64,000 nt of DNA from Candidatus Omnitrophota bacterium (GTDB lineage Bacteria > Omnitrophota > Gorgyraeia > Zapsychrales > Fredricksoniimonadaceae): the NCBI GenBank assembly GCA_903860135.1, contig CAIOPG010000017.1, positions 75,364-139,363 on the forward strand. Direction: 5' to 3'. Position numbers and translations under genes: made by a program. The notes beneath the pieces were generated by a model. The model searched no databases and was not told the DNA's origin. It was given only the letters and a program-made list of their open reading frames with translations. Below are positions 8,613 through 16,521 of the stretch, in pieces. How positions within the stretch are numbered: position 1 is the first letter of the stretch; every line of letters begins with the position of its first letter.

Positions 8613-9941
8613 CTACCTCTTGACCAGACGGTCAACATCCTCAAGCCCTAGCGCCTGCCACTCGACCTTGTACTTTGGATAACTGGCGATCAATGTCTTA
8701 GACTTGACCTTTAGCCCCGCGAGATCAATTCGGTCCTTGTTCATCTTGATCTCGGCAATGACCATGGTCTTTTTCATATCGTTCATCGCCACCAGGTCGA
8801 TCTCGTTCTGGCCATCCTTCTCCCAATACGAGCCAATGCGGTTGTACTCACCGGTCTCGGCATACAACGTCTGAAAGAACCGTTCCAGGACGCGGCCGGC
8901 ATACGTGGAATAGTCACGCCTGATAATGTCCCGGATGTACTCAAAGTTCCCGGTCTCGACCGCGGACCGGTTGCGGTAAATGAACCGGAACCAGAAGGCC
9001 AAAAAGTTGTCCGCGATCCGGTACTTCTGCGCCCTGGAGTTCGGCTTGGCGTTCACCGGCTTGTACCTCTCGATAACAGCGTAATCACGCTCCAGCCGGT
9101 CGAGGAACCCGCCGACATCCGACTCCAGGATGGACTGGATCTCCGAGCGGCCCGTCTTCCCGACAGAAATCAGCTCAAGTATGGAGAAGTACGTCCCGTA
9201 CTCTTTGCCGAACTCCTCGATCAGGAGGTTCCTGCCTTCGTTCAGGGATGGCGAGTTGGCCTCAACCGCGAAGTTCAGGATCTTCTTAAACGTGAACGCC
9301 TGATTCTCCACCAGCTGATCAATGTACTTCGGGCTTCCGCCAGTAAAAAGATAATAGTCGAACAGCACGGACGCGTTCTTTATCTTGTAGTCCCGCAGAA
9401 TGCCGGCCATGGTGCCGATCGAGAACGGCTTGATCATGAACATCCGGTCTGCCCGGTTGAACAGCGGTTCCTTGGAGCCCTCAAAGATCTTGTGCATCAG
9501 GGAATACACTGACCCGACGCAAATGACGTTCAGCTTGCTCTTGGCCTTGTTCAGGTCCCAAAGCTTCTGTATCTCGGAATAAACGGACGGGTTGATATTA
9601 TAGAACTCCTGGAACTCATCAATGATGACCGTTAACGGTTCATCCTTGGCGATCTGGAGCAAAAGTTGAAAGACATCCGGGAAGGAGCGAATGTTCCCGA
9701 TCACGGGCGCGTCCGGATACAGCCGCTTGATCTCCGCGACGTATTCCTCACAAAGCAACGCCTCAGACTTCTTGGCCACGAAAAGGTACAGGTGCTTCTT
9801 GTCCTTGGCGAACTCCAGGGACAGCAGCGTCTTCCCCACGCGCCTGCGCCCGGTCAGGACGGCCATGCGGGAGCCACCCTTTGTCTGCCCCATCAACTTG
9901 TTTAACTCTGCCAGTTCCTGCTGCCGGTCATAGAATCTCAT
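8613..9941 (-). CDS. AAA+ ATPase of the Arch_ATPase/DUF234 family
   Basis: Walker A GRRRVGKT, Walker B VIIDEFQ; C-terminal DUF234-like region; start refined to MRFYDRQQ (GGAGG RBS). Confidence 0.8.
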   Translation of the reverse strand: MRFYDRQQELAELNKLMGQTKGGSRMAVLTGRRRVGKTLLSLEFAKDKKHLYLFVAKKSEALLCEEYVAEIKRLYPDAPVIGNIRSFPDVFQLLLQIAKDEPLTVIIDEFQEFYNINPSVYSEIQKLWDLNKAKSKLNVICVGSVYSLMHKIFEGSKEPLFNRADRMFMIKPFSIGTMAGILRDYKIKNASVLFDYYLFTGGSPKYIDQLVENQAFTFKKILNFAVEANSPSLNEGRNLLIEEFGKEYGTYFSILELISVGKTGRSEIQSILESDVGGFLDRLERDYAVIERYKPVNAKPNSRAQKYRIADNFLAFWFRFIYRNRSAVETGNFEYIRDIIRRDYSTYAGRVLERFFQTLYAETGEYNRIGSYWEKDGQNEIDLVAMNDMKKTMVIAEIKMNKDRIDLAGLKVKSKTLIASYPKYKVEWQALGLEDVDRLVKR

Positions 9942-10035
9942 AATTGTAACCTCCGTTACTGTAACCAAGGTTACTATATAAAGCGTGGTTTGTCAATGGC
10001 GGGATGAACATGTTTAGCGGGACCTCTGATTGACA

Positions 10036-10080
10036 CCCTCCTCCGCGAGCGAAGCGAGTGTGGGGGCATGGGAGGGGGCG
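10036..10080. repeat. 45-bp inverted repeat, left copy (pairs with 19944-19988)
   Basis: ccctcctccgcgagcgaagcgagtgtgggggcatgggagggggcg; reverse complement of the right copy at 42/45 positions. Confidence 0.65.
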
Positions 10081-10081
10081 T

Positions 10082-10187
10082 CAAAAAAACGTAGCGGGGA
10101 CACGTACACAACGCCCGGTTTCTCTACTTTTCTATACGCTCTTCGGTTCACGTGCGTTAAATACGCAAAAGTGGGTATTGTGTCCCC
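10082..10187 (-). terminator. long GC-clamped stem-loop (GGGGACACA…TGTGTCCCC, ~75-nt loop region) followed by T7 run, downstream of the 326-aa ORF
   Basis: Minus strand: cGGGGACACAatacccac…cgttgTGTACGTGTCCCCgctacgTTTTTTTga. Confidence 0.4.
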
Positions 10188-10200
10188 GAAACGGTTCCTC

Positions 10201-11181
10201 TTACCATTTGAAACTCCTTAACAGATCATCCAGCGCAGACTGCACGCGCTCATCATGGCTATCCTTCAAAGACAGGTACACCGAGATCTTGTCAGCGCAT
10301 CCGTTCTTAGAAAAGCGGCCCGGCGAATACTTCCAGATCTCGACCTCAACCGCACCGCGGTCAGGCACCGGGATGATATGACCACGATGTTCCTGTGCCA
10401 AATGCTTCCAATCATTGTACGACACAGCCACGGTCCTGGCCTCTGGTTCATTGATCATAGACCACTTGGCCAATGCCGTGTGGCCAGCTGGGAAGGCCCT
10501 CTTAAAATTCAGGTTTGTGACATAAACGCGTTTCTTAACCGGGGTCTTCAGGTACGGCTGGACCTGATTCCAAAGCTCTTTGCGATTCATGCTAAAACGC
10601 AGACAGCGATTCTTCCCCGCCATCGTATGTTCACCGATCCCGAGCGCCGCCAGCTCATCAAAGGCACGTGTCATGGTCATGGCAGAAACCTCAAGAAACA
10701 AAGCGACTTCGGCCGGCGTGAGCGTCAACTTCTCCCCCTGATAGAGCGCATAAAGGACAAGCATCTGCGTTGCCGGCCGCAAAACTGGTCTCTTGGTACG
10801 AAGGGTCTTTAGGCACTCCTTAAGATCAATGGCCAAAAACGGAAGATACATCTGATTCCCGGGTACAACAAATGGAACCTTTTGTTCAATGAGGCGCTTG
10901 CGTTCATAGAAGTTGATCGCCTCCGCAACATAGACAACATCCATGCCGCAACGACCACGGACCTGGTCAAGCTGCTTGGCGATGACAGCCGGCGTGAGCG
11001 CGACATCCTTTTCACCTGTCATGATCAGGCACGTCCCTTTAAGCCAGTTCAGGCTGAAAAAGCGATAGCCTTCCCTTAAATAAGCTGGATAATTGGCTGC
11101 ATCGGGAAAAGGACGCACCGCGGCCTCTATTCCAAGGTTCGCCAGCAGGTATTTCTGAAGCGCTTCTACTATCTTATCCAT
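10201..11181 (-). CDS. hypothetical protein with central winged-HTH (326 aa)
   Basis: AAGGA RBS; …QMLVLYALYQGEKLTLTPAEVALFLEVSAMTMTRAFDELAALGIGEH… wHTH-like segment; no confident family assignment. Confidence 0.6.
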   Translation of the reverse strand: MDKIVEALQKYLLANLGIEAAVRPFPDAANYPAYLREGYRFFSLNWLKGTCLIMTGEKDVALTPAVIAKQLDQVRGRCGMDVVYVAEAINFYERKRLIEQKVPFVVPGNQMYLPFLAIDLKECLKTLRTKRPVLRPATQMLVLYALYQGEKLTLTPAEVALFLEVSAMTMTRAFDELAALGIGEHTMAGKNRCLRFSMNRKELWNQVQPYLKTPVKKRVYVTNLNFKRAFPAGHTALAKWSMINEPEARTVAVSYNDWKHLAQEHRGHIIPVPDRGAVEVEIWKYSPGRFSKNGCADKISVYLSLKDSHDERVQSALDDLLRSFKW

Positions 11182-11294
11182 AAATAATCCTTAACATTAC
11201 AATACAACAATAACATATGATATGATATTGTGCAAATATGATGTTAGCATAACTGGCAGCGATTAGCCTTGTAAATTATTCCACCAGCAAGAAA

Positions 11295-11360
11295 TTACGC
11301 CTCAACACGCGCCGACCCTTCAAAATCTTTATTCAACTGCACGAGGACTTCTTGTTTCAT
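11295..11360 (-). pseudogene. dinD 5' fragment (21 codons) fused directly to core repeat C
   Basis: MKQEVLVQLNKDFEGSARVEA* identical to N-terminus of the intact dinD. Confidence 0.55.
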
Positions 11361-11366
11361 CAAACA

Positions 11367-11409
11367 GGCATGCCAAGGACGGCTCATGCACGCTCCGGTT
11401 TATTGCCCC
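11367..11409 (-). repeat. island core repeat, copy C (3' of intact dinD)
   Basis: GGCATGCCAAGGACGGCTCATGCACGCTCCGGTTTATTGCCCC. Confidence 0.6.
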
Positions 11410-11420
11410 TCGCATTGCTA

Positions 11421-12263
11421 TTAGCCCCGCACTCTCTTTACACCCTTGGCGAGCTTTTTCCCTTCCGCATTAAGACGACGCGTCAGCTGCTTGACATCTT
11501 CCTCGGCAGGCAACAATTCCGGTTTGATCCCGCGTTTCCCAAGCAATTCCCGAACTTCCCTATTATTTTTAACGTGCTCCCCCGTGATCGATGGCTCACC
11601 TTGCAAATTATTCTTCTTCGTATTAAAACCTGTGATCTCAGCCGCGAGATCCTTTGCCTTGATCGTGATCGTAGGCAAGAAATCCGCCAGAGGTTTCTGA
11701 ACGGGAACCCCCATTTTCTTCTTCATTTCTAATGTCGAATTCCCGCCAAACAGCGCCTGATCACCTTGACTGCGCAACCGCGCAAAACCATCTCCATCAA
11801 CACCGTGCTCATAAACAACACCAGATAACCTAGCCTCTGTATCAGCCAGTTTCTGACGAGCCTGCAAGCGCTCTACCAACGCAATACGTTCTTCGAGCAG
11901 TTCCTGTTTGCGGGTTTGAATAGCAAAATAACTTTGGGCAAACGCAATCTGTTCTTTCCGAGGATCACCGTTCTGCGCGATTAGATAACAGGCATACCGG
12001 GTAAGCTGCATGTCCTCGACAGACCGCTGGCTACCCGACCCAAGATCAACCATTTTGTTGACGTCAACAAAATGGTCTGAAACAATCTGCCTAGACTTCA
12101 AACACGCCGTCTTAGCCTTGTCAACAACCAGCAGAAAATTCCGCCATTCCGTATAATCTAGAAGCCGCTGAATATCCCGCGCCATCCAGAACTCAACACC
12201 ATTCTCAACACGCGCCGACCCTTCAAAATCTTTATTCAACTGCACAAGGACTTCTTGTTTCAT
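11421..12263 (-). CDS. dinD: DNA-damage-inducible protein D (DinD)-like protein
   Basis: AAAGGAA RBS + ATG; MKQEVLVQLNKDFEGSARVENGVEFWMARDIQRLLDYTEWRNFLLVVDKAKTACLKS… resembles E. coli DinD family. Confidence 0.75.
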   Translation of the reverse strand: MKQEVLVQLNKDFEGSARVENGVEFWMARDIQRLLDYTEWRNFLLVVDKAKTACLKSRQIVSDHFVDVNKMVDLGSGSQRSVEDMQLTRYACYLIAQNGDPRKEQIAFAQSYFAIQTRKQELLEERIALVERLQARQKLADTEARLSGVVYEHGVDGDGFARLRSQGDQALFGGNSTLEMKKKMGVPVQKPLADFLPTITIKAKDLAAEITGFNTKKNNLQGEPSITGEHVKNNREVRELLGKRGIKPELLPAEEDVKQLTRRLNAEGKKLAKGVKRVRG

Positions 12264-12305
12264 CAAACATTCCTTTGTTGGTAATTATTATCAAGGGGCA
12301 AGATA

Positions 12306-12334
12306 ATAATACCACTCATGCGTGTGGCTATCAA
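12306..12334 (-). promoter_or_regulatory. promoter TTGATA-N17-TATTAT upstream of dinD
   Basis: Minus strand: cTTGATAgccacacgcatgagtggTATTATtatct, ~45 nt upstream of ATG. Confidence 0.45.
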
Positions 12335-12356
12335 GTTGTTTTAGAACTTTCCGGCT

Positions 12357-13437
12357 CTATAACAATATGTTCTTTGTCTCATTTTTTACAACCGCAAGTG
12401 CCCAGTAAAAGTACGCCTCAGGAAGAGCCGCTCTCAATTTTTCAAGGATTTTGTACTTCTCAGGAAAAACACGATCCTTGACCATGCTCATATCGACCTG
12501 CTTAACCATCTTCCCCGCCTTTCCCTGACGCAGAATACTGATGACATAGGCTATTCTGGCAAATGAAATCTTGATCCTATCCGGACTTAACCTGGCACGC
12601 AGATGATTAGCAACTCTGGCGTTGCCGTCATTCAAAAGTCCAATCTCTTCAAAGGCAGTGTTACCTCCACGAAGAAGTGCCTGCGAATACCGGAAAGCGA
12701 TCTCCGTAATATCATCAAAGACATCATCACTTGAATGTGCGCTATTCCTGAATCCATTTTCGACCATGACCGTATTCACAAATGATCGGCGTAACTCTTC
12801 AACATCATCGGCGACTTTGAACAGTTCGCCAAGGTCAATGATCTGCTTCATAAACTCCATGGTCCGATCCGGCACCAGCGGGATTCCCATTGTCTTCGGC
12901 GATATGGCCGTCAATTTATCGCCAAGCAGTCCCTCAACCGTAGGAACATTGACTACGCCACGCGCTCCGGCGAACGCCATGGGATTGGTGGCAATATCCT
13001 TTTGAAGCAAGCTTCCATAAGGCGCTTCTGTGAAAACCACATCCAGCAAGACATACTGCTGGATCTTGGAGAAATGCGACGTGATCGGAAATTTGAAATG
13101 CGCCTTCGGGATCGTCTTATTCTTGCGATGGCTCTCTTCAATACCTTCAAACCAATCGGAATCCGCGGCCATCTGCGTCAGCCTTTCCGACAAACCTTCT
13201 TTTTCAGAAGGCGGCAAAAGAATGTCAATGTCGATCGAGAGCCTTGCCGGTGGGAAAATATGAAGCAACAGCGATGTCCCGCCCTTGAAAACAAGATCGG
13301 GATAACTCTTCACGACCTCGCTCAACAGATTGAACGCGTAAACAGACTTTTCAAATATACCCGGATCCTTAAACCCCAGCTCATTCCTCAAGGACTCCAT
13401 CCGGTCACGATCAATGATCCGCTTTGCCATGCCCATC
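12357..13437 (-). CDS. AbiEii/AbiGii-family nucleotidyltransferase toxin (type IV TA)
   Basis: …FKGGTSLLLHIFPPARLSIDIDILLP… NTase GG(T/S)…DxD motifs; overlaps upstream AbiEi gene. Confidence 0.8.
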
Positions 13438-14187
13438 CCTCTTTGAGGTAACTTTGTCGACATATTTCAGATATGTAGCGAACGTTACCCTATCAAGTCC
13501 TTCTTTTTCAACAAGTTGTGAATATATGTCACGAAAGTACCTCCGCGCTTTGGCATACCTGACAAAATCACTGACGTTAACCCTATAAAAGTCATCAACG
13601 CTTTCTAAAAGCTCCCAGTAATCGGCATTAGCCATAGTGGCATACCTATCCTTAATGACAAACAAGTCCACCAGCATCTTTTCAAGAGCAGCTGCATGCC
13701 TTTCCCGCGGGGATTCTTTATTCAGCAGTCTGACAACGATCGGATCCCGCGTAATATCAAAGCCTTTGGGTGCTACACGGCTTGTTTTCTCGATCAACAC
13801 AAATCGGTAATCGCGCGAAATCCTGTCAAACACGGTATGAATCGCATCAAATTCCACTTCGACAAAAGTGATGTTGTGGGTCTGCTGGTGATGATAATAC
13901 GGCTGGAAAGTCAACGTGTTCCAGATGATGAAATCCAGCTCAGGATATTCCCTGGTCAGCATCTGGCGGATCTCGGCCACACGGCTCTTTTCTTCTGTCA
14001 GGGGGAATGTTTTGGCAATGTTACTATAGATCCCGCGCCCGGCAGAAAAGACAACACCCGCCTCCTTGAGCTCATGAAGATACTTCTTGGCAAGCGGCCG
14101 GGTGATCCCGGCAATCTTCACGACCTCTTCAAGGCTGAAGTAACGATGATGCACCGCATGCTCTTTGACTAAAGTTTTTTTATCCAA
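13411..14187 (-). CDS. AbiEi-family antitoxin (N-terminal wHTH), TTG start
   Basis: …FSLEEVVKIAGITRPLAKKYLHELKEAGVVFSAGRGIY…; GAAGGTGG RBS before TTG. Confidence 0.75.
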   Translation of the reverse strand: MDKKTLVKEHAVHHRYFSLEEVVKIAGITRPLAKKYLHELKEAGVVFSAGRGIYSNIAKTFPLTEEKSRVAEIRQMLTREYPELDFIIWNTLTFQPYYHHQQTHNITFVEVEFDAIHTVFDRISRDYRFVLIEKTSRVAPKGFDITRDPIVVRLLNKESPRERHAAALEKMLVDLFVIKDRYATMANADYWELLESVDDFYRVNVSDFVRYAKARRYFRDIYSQLVEKEGLDRVTFATYLKYVDKVTSKRDGHGKADH

Positions 14188-14204
14188 GGGCCACCTTCGC
14201 TGAT

Positions 14205-14344
14205 AACTTGTTCTATTTTCTCATTTTCTACAACTCCGCCGGTGAAGCAAAACTACACGGAGATATTTAGGTCAAGGGTATGCCAAGGGCGGCTAATGCA
14301 CGCTCCAGTGTTATTGCCCTGATCCTAGACTGGGGACTGTCCCC
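14205..14344 (-). repeat. island repeat, copy D1 (extended ~140-bp form; core 14276-14321)
   Basis: aacttgttctattttctcattttctacaactccgccggtgaagcaaaactacacggagatatttaggtcaaGGGTATGCCAAGGGCGGCTAATGCACGCTCCAGTGTTATTGCCCTGatcctagactggggactgtcccc. Confidence 0.65.
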
Positions 14345-14414
14345 TTCGCCTTCGCTCCCTTCTACGGAATACCCGCCTCCACGATTGGTCGGGTATGGGT
14401 GGGGGGAAATAACA

Positions 14415-14459
14415 GGCATGCCAAGGGCGGCTCATGCACGCGCCGGGATTATTGCCCTG
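14415..14459 (-). repeat. island core repeat, copy D2
   Basis: GGCATGCCAAGGGCGGCTCATGCACGCGCCGGGATTATTGCCCTG; overlaps the 3' end of the membrane-protein ORF. Confidence 0.6.
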
Positions 14460-15150
14460 TTCCCGGCGGATGGACAGTTCCAAGCACTTCTACATTCTCA
14501 ATAAAAAGAGCGATCTTATTTATCTTTCTCCTAACAAAGTTTCGACACATCGCAGAAAAAACATTTTTAGTATGTTCTCTTATTTTCCATAAGAAAATTA
14601 TAACAAGACCCCAAATAATAAAAAGAATGCAGGGCATAAAACAACTTTTAAATTCGGGATGAGTATACCCTGTAAGAATTAATAAAAACGTGAATACATT
14701 TCCTAATAAGATTGAAAAGAGCACCGCACCAAATGAATGCACTCTAGAAACCAATTCATGACTTCTTTCACGGTACTCATTTTCATTCTCTAATATCAAA
14801 AACGTTTCTAAACACCAAGAAAGTTGACTGTTTTTTGACAATTTGTCAATATTAAGAAAATCTTTTTCCAAAAGATATTCTTTCTTAATTGTCTTTAATT
14901 CATTCCTTATGCAATATCCTTCTTTGCCATCCAAGTCTTCTAAATCTCTCAATACATGCCAAGCTAAATATACTGCTTGAATAATAAAACCAATCGGAAA
15001 ACCAGCTATTAAGATTGTCAATAAATTCTTCCAGTCGCCTAATACAGTGTTCCCCTGTAAATAAATCCAGTACACGCCTACAACAAGTAAGAAGATATAC
15101 CCTGGAACAGCAATCCTAAAAAAGTCATGGCGATCGTAATTGTCACTCAT
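14449..15150 (-). CDS. AT-rich hypothetical membrane protein (4 predicted TM helices)
   Basis: 233 aa; hydrophobic segments FFRIAVPGYIFLLVVGVYWIYL, LTILIAGFPIGFIIQAVYLAW, FGAVLFSILLGNVFTFLLILTGY, CILFIIWGLVIIFLW; local A+T content much higher than flanks; C-terminal 10 codons are encoded by repeat D2. Confidence 0.5.
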   Translation of the reverse strand: MSDNYDRHDFFRIAVPGYIFLLVVGVYWIYLQGNTVLGDWKNLLTILIAGFPIGFIIQAVYLAWHVLRDLEDLDGKEGYCIRNELKTIKKEYLLEKDFLNIDKLSKNSQLSWCLETFLILENENEYRERSHELVSRVHSFGAVLFSILLGNVFTFLLILTGYTHPEFKSCFMPCILFIIWGLVIIFLWKIREHTKNVFSAMCRNFVRRKINKIALFIENVEVLGTVHPPGTGQ

Positions 15151-15387
15151 TGTAATTTCTCCAAAGTAATACCCCGTGGCATCTACTAAATTACTTTAAA
15201 ACGAATTGTGCATTAGCCGTCTTTAAACGGCGATGCCGTTCTGCAAAAAAATACGTTGTAATTCCAATGGGCCCTTCACAAGCTTACCGCCAAGGAAAAA
15301 CCTTGGTTCACCCCGAATTACCATTTCTATTAAAGAATATGGAGATACATACGCCTACTTTCTCCACTTAAACACCGACCACCTTCA

Positions 15388-16518
15388 TCACTTCATTCCA
15401 TCTGCCGTGGTCTTCCAATGGCTTCCCGGACTAGGAAGATACTCAACTCCGTTCAACACGACCGGCTTGGCCCCAGCTTGAGAAGCGCCCGGCGAAACGA
15501 TGGTATCCGCGCGAAATCTCTTTCCTTGTGGAAGAGCCACTTCTCCTCGAATTTCTTTTGCCGTAAGTCGACGACAACTGCCATCGGGTAACTCTATCCA
15601 ACTGTATGTACCACCCTCCGTCTTCTCCTTCTTTTGCTGCCAAAGAGTTCTATACTTTACCTTTGCCTTATCGCGCGCATACCAAATAAGATAGTCATGC
15701 GTGCTGCTTAATATTTCCGAGGTAAAAGCAGATGTTTTTATAAACGCAATCTGTCCGCAAAACTGTTCCCCTCCAAAAACCTCATCCATTATTTCCCGGA
15801 CATGATGTAAATTCTCGTCGCTAATCTGAACAAAACAACTGCCACTTTCAGTAAGCAAATCTCTTGCCACAATTAGCCGATCTCGCAAATATGAAAGATA
15901 TGAATGAACGCCTAATTCCCAAGTATCTCGAAACGCCTTAATTTGTTCCGGCTGTCGAACAAAGTCCTCTACCTTGTTATCTTTCACATCGCGTTTCCGT
16001 GTGCTCGCCTGCCAGTTTGAGCCAAACTTAATGCCATAAGGTGGATCAACATAAACACACTGCACCTTACCGCGCATACCCTCTTTCTCAAGAAGACTGT
16101 TCATAACAAGCAAGCTATCCCCAAGAACCATGCGGTTCTGCCAATTATCTTCGTGTTTATAAAATTCAACCGTCTTATCAAACTGCTGCTGAGTTGTGTC
16201 TCCAAAAAGAGTTAACTGAGCCTCTTCTTTCCCTCCCTGCTTTAGTCGAGCAATGATCGCTTCAGGAGCAACTTTTTCTTGCACATAAATCGGCACCGTT
16301 GACACCGCCAGCTCAACTCCCGCTTCTTTCTTCCCCGCCCAAATTAACTGCGGATCTAAAGATGGGTCGAAGTCGTAGCGCTTTTTAGCGGGCTGCTTAT
16401 CACGGGCAGATAGCTTCTCAGACTCTTCCTGAGTAGGAATGCGCTTACGCTTGTCAGTGTGCTTGTAAGAATCCACAGCTGCAGCCTCAGTTGTACGAAC
16501 TTTAAATTTTCTTGCCAT
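15388..16518 (-). CDS. mod: type III R-M methyltransferase (Mod) N-terminal portion, C-terminally truncated (no FxGxG/AdoMet motif)
   Basis: DPPY (…VYVDPPYGIKFGSNWQ…) catalytic motif present; protein ends after 376 aa inside what would be the TRD; all three downstream frames lack MTase motif I. Confidence 0.7.
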   Translation of the reverse strand: MARKFKVRTTEAAAVDSYKHTDKRKRIPTQEESEKLSARDKQPAKKRYDFDPSLDPQLIWAGKKEAGVELAVSTVPIYVQEKVAPEAIIARLKQGGKEEAQLTLFGDTTQQQFDKTVEFYKHEDNWQNRMVLGDSLLVMNSLLEKEGMRGKVQCVYVDPPYGIKFGSNWQASTRKRDVKDNKVEDFVRQPEQIKAFRDTWELGVHSYLSYLRDRLIVARDLLTESGSCFVQISDENLHHVREIMDEVFGGEQFCGQIAFIKTSAFTSEILSSTHDYLIWYARDKAKVKYRTLWQQKKEKTEGGTYSWIELPDGSCRRLTAKEIRGEVALPQGKRFRADTIVSPGASQAGAKPVVLNGVEYLPSPGSHWKTTADGMK

Positions 16519-16521
16519 AAA

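Noticed and set aside
6529-14459. Interpretation of the island repeats as integron attC sites (a cassette array or cluster of attC sites without an integrase)
   Set aside because: Their position at 3' module ends is attC-like. But there are no RYYYAAC/GTTRRRY core sites, no imperfect-palindrome (R''-L''/L'-R') architecture, and no intI or attI in the window, so they are kept as an unclassified repeat family.
6529-14459. Group II intron domain V or small self-cleaving ribozyme identity for the repeat core
   Set aside because: No match to the domain V consensus, hammerhead (CUGAUGA…GAAA) or twister cores on either strand.
15151-15387. Possible remnant of the missing Mod C-terminus downstream of the truncated mod
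   Set aside because: All three frames were translated. None shows an FxGxG/AdoMet motif or MTase-like sequence, and the region is short and AT-rich.
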